From Planctomycetota bacterium (GTDB taxonomy: Bacteria; Planctomycetota; B15-G4): a stretch of 64,000 bases of DNA. The stretch covers positions 96,001 to 160,000 of the forward strand of contig JBBQUR010000003.1 of the NCBI GenBank assembly GCA_038212275.1, given 5' to 3'. Below are positions 46,770 through 55,185 of this stretch, piece after piece. The position numbers were made by a program, and so were the translations under genes. The notes beneath the pieces are model-generated. The model was not told the origin of the DNA. It searched no databases and saw only the letters and a program-made list of their open reading frames with translations. Position 1 is the first letter of the stretch, and each line of letters starts with the position of its first letter.

Positions 46770-47504
46770 ATGCGACAGAGATTCTGGTTCGTTCCGTTGA
46801 CGGGTTCGCTCGTCCTGGCCCTTGCCTTCACGCTGCACGCCGATGCGGTGAAGGCCAAGGCCCCCGCCAACTGGGGCGGCAGGCCGGCTCAGGCAGCCGA
46901 CGTGACGTCGCTTCCCGACCCCGGTGCCGGCGGTCAGGTGAACGGTGTCGTGCCGCCGATCCTCACCGACCAGTGGCTGAAGATGAAGGTGAAGTGCAAG
47001 GGCAAGACGGTGGATGCGTTCACGTCGCTCACGGCTTCGAAGAGCCTCAGTTTCACGGTGTACATGCAGCTCATCGCGCACTCGATGGGGGCTCTCACGG
47101 GTCCCGGCGACGGAGGTGGCGCCGGCGTTCCGACCTACGACTACATCGTGTGGGTCGAGGACGGCGACGGGAACTGGTCCCCTCAGTCGTATCAGGGCAC
47201 GCTCTACACCGACGGTCTCGATGCCAACGGGCAGACCGCACTCGTGGTGAACAGCTTCCTCGGCTTCGAGCTCTACAACGGGTCTGTGGCCTCGGTCCAG
47301 TCGGCCACGCTGACGATCAAGGTGGACAACGAGGGCGTGCTCAAGAGCGCCAAGTACAAGACGATCAGCTCGGACATCCTGCAGTCGTTCCTGCCGGCTC
47401 AAAGCCTCTCCCTGGGTGTGGACGGCTTCGAGTACTTCGGGGCGATGACGATCACCGGCTCGCTGGTGGCTGTCGACAAGCTGCCCTTCAACCCGGAGAT
47501 CTGA
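46770..47504 (+). CDS. Secreted beta-rich hypothetical protein
   Basis: GGAG SD, signal peptide, clean codon usage; no family recognised. Confidence 0.75.
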   Translation: MRQRFWFVPLTGSLVLALAFTLHADAVKAKAPANWGGRPAQAADVTSLPDPGAGGQVNGVVPPILTDQWLKMKVKCKGKTVDAFTSLTASKSLSFTVYMQLIAHSMGALTGPGDGGGAGVPTYDYIVWVEDGDGNWSPQSYQGTLYTDGLDANGQTALVVNSFLGFELYNGSVASVQSATLTIKVDNEGVLKSAKYKTISSDILQSFLPAQSLSLGVDGFEYFGAMTITGSLVAVDKLPFNPEI

Positions 47505-47528
47505 GCGGGGCGTCTTCGCGGCCTGCGT

Positions 47529-48650
47529 TCAGGCGATCCAGAGCACGCGCTGTCCGTCGGGGGCGATTCCCTCGGCGGACAGCGCGCTGGCGAGACGCGC
47601 GCGCGCCGGCGCCATGCCGAACGCCGCCAGCAGCAGCTCCGATGTCGCCGACCGCACCGCCGCCGGGAGCGCCTGACCGGGGCGCCACTCCAGCGCGGCC
47701 GACACGTCGACTCCGTTCGCCAGGAGCGCGTCGCGCCAGGCGACCAGCGTGCGGCCGGTGGAGAGCAGAAGCACCGGGCGCGGTGTCGCGCCGGCTCGGC
47801 CGATGAGCCGCGCCAGGTAGTGCGCTTTGCCGGCGCGCAGGGCGTCGAGCGCATGGCTGCCGCCGTGGATGTCTCCGGCGCGCGTGGATTGTGCGTCGTG
47901 CTGTCGCCAGCGGTAGAGCACGCGCGGAAGCTTGAGGACGGGAAGCTCTCCGCGCAGCGCATCGTGCTCGAACCAGCGCAGCCAGAAGTCGAGGTCCAGC
48001 GGCCAAGCGCCGCGCGGCTTGTAGCCGCCGACGGTGCGCACGGCCGCCGTGCGGTAGAGGCCGGTCTGGTGCAGCGCCGGGATCTCGAGAAAGCGCGCCT
48101 CCGCCAGGCTGCGGTGCGTGAGCAGCGCATTCTGCCAGTCGAGATAGCGGCGCATGCCCGGCGTGCGCGCACCGCACTGAGCTGCGCGACTGACCACCGC
48201 GGCGAGGGGCGTGTCGCGCGTCCCGTCCACCGACGTGGCGTGCAGCGCGGCGTGCAGGCGCGCGAGCCGGTCGGGCGGGCAGCGGTCGTCGGCCTCCATG
48301 TGCGCGAAGCTTCCGGTTGTCACGGCGGCGAGACCGACATCCAGCGCCGCGCCGGCGCCGCGGCCCGGGCCGCGCAGGACGAGCAGGCGTGGCTCGCGCG
48401 TCGCGAGGTCCTCCACCCACGCGCGCGACGCGTCGGGCACGGCGGCGGGGCGCGCGTCGTCCACGATGGCGATCACGCGCACGCTCACGTCGCGCTGGGC
48501 GAGCAGGTCGGCGCATGCTGACGGCAGGGTGCGTCGCGCGCCGCGCACCGGCAGCAGCACGTCGATCTCCGGCCGGCCGCGCCCGTGGACGCTGCCTTGC
48601 GGCGCGGCCGTCGGGAGCGGCTGGAGAGTCAGGCGTGGCGGCCGAGGCAT
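47529..48650 (-). CDS. Glycosyltransferase family 2
   Basis: IDVLLPV, IVDD, HMEADD (DxD-like), DLDFWLR, LYRWRQH. Start approximate. Confidence 0.85.
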   Translation of the reverse strand: MPRPPRLTLQPLPTAAPQGSVHGRGRPEIDVLLPVRGARRTLPSACADLLAQRDVSVRVIAIVDDARPAAVPDASRAWVEDLATREPRLLVLRGPGRGAGAALDVGLAAVTTGSFAHMEADDRCPPDRLARLHAALHATSVDGTRDTPLAAVVSRAAQCGARTPGMRRYLDWQNALLTHRSLAEARFLEIPALHQTGLYRTAAVRTVGGYKPRGAWPLDLDFWLRWFEHDALRGELPVLKLPRVLYRWRQHDAQSTRAGDIHGGSHALDALRAGKAHYLARLIGRAGATPRPVLLLSTGRTLVAWRDALLANGVDVSAALEWRPGQALPAAVRSATSELLLAAFGMAPARARLASALSAEGIAPDGQRVLWIA

Positions 48651-48723
48651 CGCACGACGGTGCCACGTGTCCGGGCACGGTGGAATCCCCCGGCCCGCGG
48701 CGGCGGTCGCTACACTCCCGGGC

Positions 48724-49338
48724 ATGGACGAACTGCTGCTGGTCCGCGCCTCCGACTGCCGCCCGCTGCGAGCGGCCATCCTGCGTCCCGGCCAGCCGCC
48801 CGAGGCCTCGACCTACGTCACGGACGACGATGGCCAGGCGCTGCATTTCGCGGTGAAAACCGCCAAGGGCGCGGTGCAGGGCGTGGCCAGCGTGTTGCCC
48901 GAGGCGCGTACCGACGGCGGGCCGCAGACCTGGCGCCTGCGCGGCATGGCCGTGATTCCGGAGCGCCGCGGTGACGGCCTCGGCCGCATGCTGCTGCAGG
49001 CTGTGCAGGCGGTGGTCCAGCAGCGCGGCGGCGGCCTGTGGTGCACGGCGCGCACGCCCGTCGAGGGCTTCTATCTCGCGCACGGCTTCCGGCGCGAAGG
49101 CGACGTCTTCGACCTGCCCGGCGGAGGGCCGCATGTGGTCATGACCTGGGAGGGCGTCGGCAAGCGCATGAAGCCCGTGCCGCGGCGCGGGGCTCACAGC
49201 GGCAGCCCCGAGGGCGAGTTCGCCGATGCACTCGAGGACGACGACGCCGCCGAAAGCCCGGGCGAGGACGACGACGAGCTGCCCGATCTCGGCGCCGACC
49301 CGACCGACCTGGATCTCGACGAACCGCCGAAGCGCTAG
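48724..49338 (+). CDS. GNAT family N-acetyltransferase with acidic tail
   Basis: LRAAILRP, WRLRGMAV..RRGDGLG, LWCTAR..VEGFY..GF. Confidence 0.9.
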   Translation: MDELLLVRASDCRPLRAAILRPGQPPEASTYVTDDDGQALHFAVKTAKGAVQGVASVLPEARTDGGPQTWRLRGMAVIPERRGDGLGRMLLQAVQAVVQQRGGGLWCTARTPVEGFYLAHGFRREGDVFDLPGGGPHVVMTWEGVGKRMKPVPRRGAHSGSPEGEFADALEDDDAAESPGEDDDELPDLGADPTDLDLDEPPKR

Positions 49339-49416
49339 GCCTCAGCCCGAGGGGGGCGAGGGGGGCGAGGGACGCGAGGGGGGCTCCGGACAGCGGCCGG
49401 CGCGGCCTTCGCAAGG

Positions 49417-49444
49417 TTGCGCCCCGCAGCCCTTTCCGTATCAT
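49417..49444 (+). promoter_or_regulatory. Putative sigma70-type promoter (TTGCGC-N16-TATCAT)
   Basis: Hexamers at 49417-22 and 49439-44, immediately upstream of the structured RNA candidate. Confidence 0.55.
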
Positions 49445-49471
49445 TCACCCCTTCCATTCCGGGTCTCGGAA

Positions 49472-49625
49472 GCAGGACGGGCGGGGCACGATCGCGGCGG
49501 ATGCGCCTCGGTCACGACCTGCCGGTCTTTCGGGTTCCCGCAGGGGCCCACCGGGACGGAGTCGGTGCGGACGTGTCCGGCCATGCGGCAGCGTGACAGC
49601 ACGCCGCGTTCGGAGCCCGACCTGC
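49472..49625 (+). ncRNA. Candidate structured RNA: long nested rod with branched apex (6S-like or unknown leader)
   Basis: Five nested helices: GCAGG/CCUGC, CGGGC/GCCCG, CGCGGCG/CGCCGCG, GUCACG/CGUGAC, CUGCCG/CGGCAG; apical hairpin GGGUUCC-CGCA-GGGGCCC. Confidence 0.55.
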
Positions 49626-49702
49626 CGTGTCCACGGGGCCGTCCGCAGGACGGTGCCAGTCAACTGCCAGTCAGTCGCCAGCAACAGGAGCGCGAGCTTT
49701 CC

Positions 49703-50572
49703 ATGGTCGTCAAGAAGGTCGGAGTCATCGGTTGTGGCCTCATGGGTCACGGCATCGCCCAGGTCGCGGCCCAGGCCGGTTGCACGGTCGTCGTGCGCGA
49801 GTCGGAGCAAGGCGCGCTCGACAAGGGTGTCGGCCGCATCCGCAAGAGCCTCGACAAGCTGGTCGAGAAGGAAAAGCTCACGAAGGCGGCTGCCGATGCG
49901 GCGTTCGCGCACATCTCCGGCACGCTCGAGCTGTCCGCGCTGGCCGACTGCGACCTGGTCGTCGAGGCCATCGTCGAGAACCTCGACGTCAAGAAGACGC
50001 TCTACGCCGAACTCGGCAGGCTCTGCAAGCCGACGACAATCTTCGCCAGCAACACGAGTTCGTTCTCGATCGGCGAGATGGGCCGCGCCTCGGGCCGCCC
50101 GCAGCGCATGGTCGGCCTGCACTTCTTCAACCCGGTGCAGCTCATGAAGCTGGTCGAGGTGGTGCGCGCCAAGGAGACCTCGGACGAGGTCTTTGCCGAA
50201 GCCAAGGCCTTCGGCGAGGCCTGCGGCAAGGTGCCCGTTGCCGCCAGCGACACGCCCGGCTTCGTCGTGAACCGGCTGCTCGTCCCGTACATGGCCGAGG
50301 CCATCCGCATGGTCGAGCGCGGCGACTCCACGCCGGCCGACGTGGACGCGGGCATGACCCTGGGCTGCGGCTATCCCATGGGCCCCTTCACGCTGACGGA
50401 CTACGTGGGCCTCGACACCACGCTGTCCATTCTGGAGGGCTGGCACAAGCTGGAACCCGGCAACCCGCTGTTCAACCCGCCGAAGCTGCTGGTGGACAAG
50501 GTCAAGGCGGGCAAGCTCGGCCGCAAGTCGGGCGAGGGCTTCTTCAAGTGGGACGGCGACAAGCGCGCCTGA
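49703..50572 (+). CDS. hbd: 3-hydroxybutyryl/3-hydroxyacyl-CoA dehydrogenase
   Basis: VIGCGLMGHGIA, VEAIVEN, ASNTSS, GLHFFNPV, PGFVVNRLL, PMGPF. Confidence 0.93.
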   Translation: MVVKKVGVIGCGLMGHGIAQVAAQAGCTVVVRESEQGALDKGVGRIRKSLDKLVEKEKLTKAAADAAFAHISGTLELSALADCDLVVEAIVENLDVKKTLYAELGRLCKPTTIFASNTSSFSIGEMGRASGRPQRMVGLHFFNPVQLMKLVEVVRAKETSDEVFAEAKAFGEACGKVPVAASDTPGFVVNRLLVPYMAEAIRMVERGDSTPADVDAGMTLGCGYPMGPFTLTDYVGLDTTLSILEGWHKLEPGNPLFNPPKLLVDKVKAGKLGRKSGEGFFKWDGDKRA

Positions 50573-50585
50573 CCCGACCGGAGCG

Positions 50586-51842
50586 ATGAGCATCAAGACC
50601 GCAAAGCGATGGCTGGCAGGCGCGTTGGCCCTCGGGCTGACTCTCGGCGCCGGCTGTGCGGGTGCGGCTTCCGCTGACGCGGCCGCGCGCGCGCAGGCCG
50701 AGGCCCGGGCGTCGCAGCACGCTGCCGCCCAGGCCGACGCGGCGCACCGCTCAGCCATCGAGGCCGAGGCGCTGGCCGACGCGCGCCGGTACATCGACGG
50801 GCCGGTCGCCTCGACGAAGGCTGCCGCAGTCGGCACGGGAGTCGTCGGCACGACCGCTGCGGATGCGACCGCTGCGGATGCGGCCGCTGCGGATGCGGAT
50901 GCTGCTGCTGCGAATGCGGATGGGGATGCTGCCGCTGCGGCCAAGGCTGACGCCGCCGTGCAGGCCAAGGTGGCGGCCAAGACGAAAGCCATGGCGGAGG
51001 AATCGCTGCGCCAGGAACAGGCCCGGCTGCAGGCAGTTGCCGTCAAGGCCGCCGCGCAGGCGGCCGCCGCCGCCGAGCAGGCGCGAGCGGAAGCTGACAA
51101 GCGCGCCGCTGCCGCCTCGACGGCTCAGGCGCAGGACGCTGCCACCGCGCCCGCCGCAACCGCAACCGCAACCGCAACCGCAGCCGCAGCAGAAGCAGCA
51201 GCAGAAGCAGCAGCAGCGAGGGCGCAGGACGTCGCGGCCGATGCCGCGACCACCACGGAGCTCGTCGTCACGGCCTCGAGCAGCGTGAGTGCTGCCGACG
51301 CCGCCGGCATCGCGGCGACTGCCGGTGCCGCCGCCGCCGTCAACCCTGCGGACTACGCGGGGCTCGTGGCGGAGATCCAGACCAGCAAGGGCACCCTGGT
51401 GCTTGCCTTCCGCACGGACAAGGCGCCGGGCCACGTGAAGAACTTCGTGGATCTCTCGCGCCGCGGCTTCTACGACGGCCTGAGCTTTCACCGCATCATC
51501 CCCGGCTACATCATCGAAGGCGGTGACCCGAAGGGCGATGGCAGCGGTGGCCCCGGCTACCAGATCAAGGCCGAGTTCAACGATCTTCCCCACGTGCGGG
51601 GCACGCTGTCGATGGCACGCGCCGGCCACCCCGACTCGGGCGGCAGCCAATTTTTCATCTGCCAGGCGGACGCCCGCGCCCTCGATGGCAAGTACACCGG
51701 CTTCGGCATGCTCGTGGCCGGCTGGGACACGCTGGACGCGATTGCCGCCGTCGGCAGCGCGGGCGGCGTGCCCACCGAGACGGTCACGATCACGAAGGTC
51801 GTCATCCGTCCCGCGCGGCCCGAAGAACAGCCCAAGCCGTAA
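50586..51842 (+). CDS. Cyclophilin-type peptidyl-prolyl isomerase, lipoprotein with long Ala-rich N-terminal stalk
   Basis: GAGC lipobox; FYDGLSFHRIIPG, GGDPKGDGSGGPGY, SMAR, GSQFFI. Confidence 0.9.
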   Translation: MSIKTAKRWLAGALALGLTLGAGCAGAASADAAARAQAEARASQHAAAQADAAHRSAIEAEALADARRYIDGPVASTKAAAVGTGVVGTTAADATAADAAAADADAAAANADGDAAAAAKADAAVQAKVAAKTKAMAEESLRQEQARLQAVAVKAAAQAAAAAEQARAEADKRAAAASTAQAQDAATAPAATATATATAAAAEAAAEAAAARAQDVAADAATTTELVVTASSSVSAADAAGIAATAGAAAAVNPADYAGLVAEIQTSKGTLVLAFRTDKAPGHVKNFVDLSRRGFYDGLSFHRIIPGYIIEGGDPKGDGSGGPGYQIKAEFNDLPHVRGTLSMARAGHPDSGGSQFFICQADARALDGKYTGFGMLVAGWDTLDAIAAVGSAGGVPTETVTITKVVIRPARPEEQPKP

Positions 51843-51858
51843 CCAGGAACAGACACAC

Positions 51859-53007
51859 ATGACCACGTTCTCACCCGACAGCCGCGCGATCCTCCGCACC
51901 TCGATGGGCGCCATGACCATCGAGTTCCTGCCCCGGCAGGCTCCTCGCACCTGCGAGCACTTCGTGCGCCTCGTGCGCCGCGGCTACTACGACGGGCTCA
52001 TCTTTCACCGCATCATCAAGGGCTTCATGGTGCAGGGCGGTTGCCCCAAGGGCGATGGCACGGGCGGCCCCGGCCAGACCATCCGCGCGGAGTTCAACGA
52101 GACCCCGCACGTGAAGGGCGTCATCAGCATGGCGCGCGGCAATGACCCGCACAGCGCCGGCAGCCAGTTCTTCATCGTGCAGGGCGATGCCCGCTACCTC
52201 GACAGCCGCTACACCGCGTTCGCGCGCGTCGTCGATGGCCTCGACGTGCTCGATCGCATCGCGGCCGTGCCGGTGGAGGAGAACCGCTTCCGCGAACGCT
52301 CCGTGCCGCGTGAGCCGGTCTTCATCAACGGCATCGAGTTGGAAGGCATCGAGTTCGACGCCAACGACCAGCCCCAGCACGACCAGGGCCGCCAGCAGGG
52401 CCCGCCGCAACAGCAGGGGCACGGCAATGGCAACGCCGGTGGCAACAGCGGTGGCAACGCCGGTGGTGGCAGCGGTGGTGGCGGCCACGCGAGCGGCAGC
52501 AACGCAGGGGGCGGAGGTCAGCCGCGCGACCAGCGTGAACCGCGAGAGACTCGAGATGCGCGAGACACGCGAGACAGTCGCGAGCCGCGTGAGCCGCGTG
52601 AACCGCGCGAGCCGCGCGAGCCGCGCGAGAACCGGGACACCCGCGAGCCGCGCGAGAACCGCGACTCGCGCAACCCGCCGCGCGAGGTGCGCGAGGTTCG
52701 TGAGCCACGCGACGTGGGCGAGTCGGAGGACGTGCCGTCGCCGGCAGCGGCTTTCCTGGCCGAGACGCGCGGCGGCAAGCGTCGCGGTGACGCGCCGCGT
52801 GCTGCGGCGCCCGTCGAGGCGAAGGGCCACGACGACGATGATCTCGGCGACGAGCCTGCGGAGGACCGCGATGCCGGCCCGGAGACCGGCTCCGAGGCCG
52901 ACACCGAAGCAAGCGGCGACACGAGCACCCGCAAGAGCGGCGCGGCACCGGCCGCGCCCCGCAAGCCCCGCACCCGTCGCGCTCCGCGACGCAAGCCCAA
53001 GGAGTGA
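51859..53007 (+). CDS. Cyclophilin-type peptidyl-prolyl isomerase with ~215-aa disordered C-terminal tail
   Basis: YYDGLIFHRIIKGFMVQGGCPKGDGTGGPG, SMARGNDPHSAGSQFFI; tail with G/N-rich, (REP)n, acidic and basic blocks. Confidence 0.9.
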   Translation: MTTFSPDSRAILRTSMGAMTIEFLPRQAPRTCEHFVRLVRRGYYDGLIFHRIIKGFMVQGGCPKGDGTGGPGQTIRAEFNETPHVKGVISMARGNDPHSAGSQFFIVQGDARYLDSRYTAFARVVDGLDVLDRIAAVPVEENRFRERSVPREPVFINGIELEGIEFDANDQPQHDQGRQQGPPQQQGHGNGNAGGNSGGNAGGGSGGGGHASGSNAGGGGQPRDQREPRETRDARDTRDSREPREPREPREPREPRENRDTREPRENRDSRNPPREVREVREPRDVGESEDVPSPAAAFLAETRGGKRRGDAPRAAAPVEAKGHDDDDLGDEPAEDRDAGPETGSEADTEASGDTSTRKSGAAPAAPRKPRTRRAPRRKPKE

Positions 53008-53795
53008 AGGCCGTGGCCTACGAGAACATCATCCGGGAGGACCGCAACGGCATCGCGTTCGTGACGGTGAATCGTCCCGACAAGCTGAACGCGCTGAACA
53101 ACGCCACGGTCGGCGAGCTGCAGCACTGCTTCGAGGCGCTGGCCACGGATGATTCCGTGCAGGGCGTCATCCTCACGGGCTCCGGCACCAAGGCCTTCGT
53201 GGCGGGCGCGGACATCGGCGAGCTGGCGACGCAGTCGCCGCTGCAGGCGCGGCCGCTCGCGCTGCGCGGCCAGAAGCTGACCAACACCATCGAGGCCTGC
53301 CCCAAGCCGGTCATCGCGGCGGTGAATGGTTATGCCTTCGGCGGCGGATGCGAGCTGGCGCTTGCCTGCCACATCCGGCTCGCGTCGGACAACGCCGTGC
53401 TTGGCCTGCCCGAGGTGACGCTGGGCATCATCCCGGGTTACGGCGGCACGCAACGGCTGCCGCGCCTCATCGGCAAGGGCCGCGCGCTGGAACTCATTCT
53501 CACCGCCGCGCGCGTGGACGCCGCAGAGGCGCACCGCATCGGCCTCGTCAACAAGGTCTATCCGCAGGCCGAACTGCTCGGCGCGGCGGAAGCCATGCTG
53601 CGCAAGACGATGTCCTTCGGCCCGGTCGCGGTGAAGTTCGCGCTGGATGCCGTCGGGCACGGCGCCGACATGCCGCTGTCGGACGGCCTCAACTACGAGG
53701 CCACCTTCTTCGGCCTGCTCGCCGCGACCGACGACCAGAAAGAGGGCATGGCCGCCTTCATGCAGAAGCGCCCCGCGAAGTTCACGGGAAAGTAG
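53004..53795 (+). CDS. crt: Enoyl-CoA hydratase (crotonase)
   Basis: AFVAGADI, AAVNGYAFGGGCELALAC, PEVTLGIIPGYGGTQRL; GTGA overlap with the upstream gene. Confidence 0.92.
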   Translation: MKAVAYENIIREDRNGIAFVTVNRPDKLNALNNATVGELQHCFEALATDDSVQGVILTGSGTKAFVAGADIGELATQSPLQARPLALRGQKLTNTIEACPKPVIAAVNGYAFGGGCELALACHIRLASDNAVLGLPEVTLGIIPGYGGTQRLPRLIGKGRALELILTAARVDAAEAHRIGLVNKVYPQAELLGAAEAMLRKTMSFGPVAVKFALDAVGHGADMPLSDGLNYEATFFGLLAATDDQKEGMAAFMQKRPAKFTGK

Positions 53796-53901
53796 GCCCG
53801 CGAACACACGCCCTTCGCGCTGACCCGTTCCCATTCCGGCCCGTCGCTCCGGCGAGCCGTCCACTCACTACACCACGACCTCCCGCACGGACGAACGACC
53901 G

Positions 53902-55107
53902 ATGACTTCCCACGAATACGTGATCCTCTCCGGCGCCCGCACCCCGATGGCCGAATATGTCGGCACGCCGGGCTACGGCAAGCTGGCCGGCTTCTCCGCG
54001 CTGGAACTCGCCGCCATCGCGTCGCGCGCCGCGCTCGAGCGCAGCGGCGTGAAGCCCGAGCAGGTGGATCACGTGGTCATGGGCAACGTGCTCTACACCA
54101 GCGCCGACGCGCTCTACGGCGCGCGGCATGTGGGCCTCAAGGCGGGCGTTCCGATCAGCGTGCCGGCTCTCACCGTCAACCGCCTCTGCGGCAGCGGCGT
54201 GCAGTCCGTCGTCTCCGCGTGCCAGATGCTCGCGACCGGCGACGCGACCACCGTGCTGGCCGGCGGCATGGAGAGCATGAGCCAGGCGCCGCACGTGCTG
54301 TGGAATGCGCGTGGCGGCTACCGCTTCGGACAGAAATGGGAACTGCAGGACATGCTCATGGGCAGCCTGCAGGACCCGATGTGCGGGCTCTTCATGGCGC
54401 AGACCGCCGAGAAGCTCGCCGTGAAGTACGGCATCTCGCGCGCCGCGCAGGACGAGTTCGCCTTCCGCAGCCACCAGCTCGGCGCGAAGGCCGTGAAGAG
54501 CGGCGTCTTCGCGGATGAGATCGTCAAGGTCGAGATCAGGAAGGGCGACACCGTCGTCGGCACCGTGGACACGGACGATCACATCCGCCCCGACACGACT
54601 CTCGAGGGCCTCGCGAAGCTGCGGCCGGCCTTCGGCAAGGACGGCACCGTCACCGCGGGCAATGCCTCGGGCATCGTGGATGCCGGCGCGGCGCTGCTGG
54701 TCACGACGGCGGCGCACGCGCGCGCCAACAACTGGAAGCCGCGCGCGCGCATCGTGGCCTGGGATGCGGTGGGCGTGGAGCCCAGCGAAATGGGTATCGG
54801 CCCGGCGCCGGCCATCCGCAACGTGCTGGACAAGGCCGGCATGGAGCTCGGCAAGATCGACTTCTTCGAGATCAACGAGGCCTTCGCCGCGCAGTATCTC
54901 GCGGTGGAGAAGGAGCTGGAGCTCGACCGCAACAAGGTCAACGTGAATGGCGGCGCCATCGCGATCGGGCATCCGCTCGGCGCGACGGGCACGCGCCTGC
55001 TGCTCACGCTCATGCACCAGCTCGAGCGCGCGCGCAAGAGCTACGGCATCGCCTCGGCCTGCATCGGCGGCGGCCAGGGCATCGCCATGCTCATCGAACG
55101 CCTCTGA
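53902..55107 (+). CDS. Acetyl-CoA C-acyltransferase (thiolase)
   Basis: VNRLCGSG, NEAFA, GAIAIGHPLGATG, ACIGGGQG. Confidence 0.95.
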   Translation: MTSHEYVILSGARTPMAEYVGTPGYGKLAGFSALELAAIASRAALERSGVKPEQVDHVVMGNVLYTSADALYGARHVGLKAGVPISVPALTVNRLCGSGVQSVVSACQMLATGDATTVLAGGMESMSQAPHVLWNARGGYRFGQKWELQDMLMGSLQDPMCGLFMAQTAEKLAVKYGISRAAQDEFAFRSHQLGAKAVKSGVFADEIVKVEIRKGDTVVGTVDTDDHIRPDTTLEGLAKLRPAFGKDGTVTAGNASGIVDAGAALLVTTAAHARANNWKPRARIVAWDAVGVEPSEMGIGPAPAIRNVLDKAGMELGKIDFFEINEAFAAQYLAVEKELELDRNKVNVNGGAIAIGHPLGATGTRLLLTLMHQLERARKSYGIASACIGGGQGIAMLIERL

Positions 55108-55185
55108 GTCGCGGCCTTTCGCGCCACGCACCGCGCAGAACGTTCGCCCGAGACACACGCCCCTGATTCCAGGATCGCGAGCCCG

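Noticed and set aside
49345..49385. G-rich run (GAGGGGGGCGAGGGGGGCGAGGGACGCGAGGGGGG) as a functional G-quadruplex
   Set aside because: It could fold, but is equally explained as another 9-bp tandem duplication; no supporting evidence.
49455..49480. GGAAGCAG resembling the SRP RNA domain IV signature
   Set aside because: The matching upstream CAGG and GNRA-capped helix are missing, so SRP RNA is not supported.
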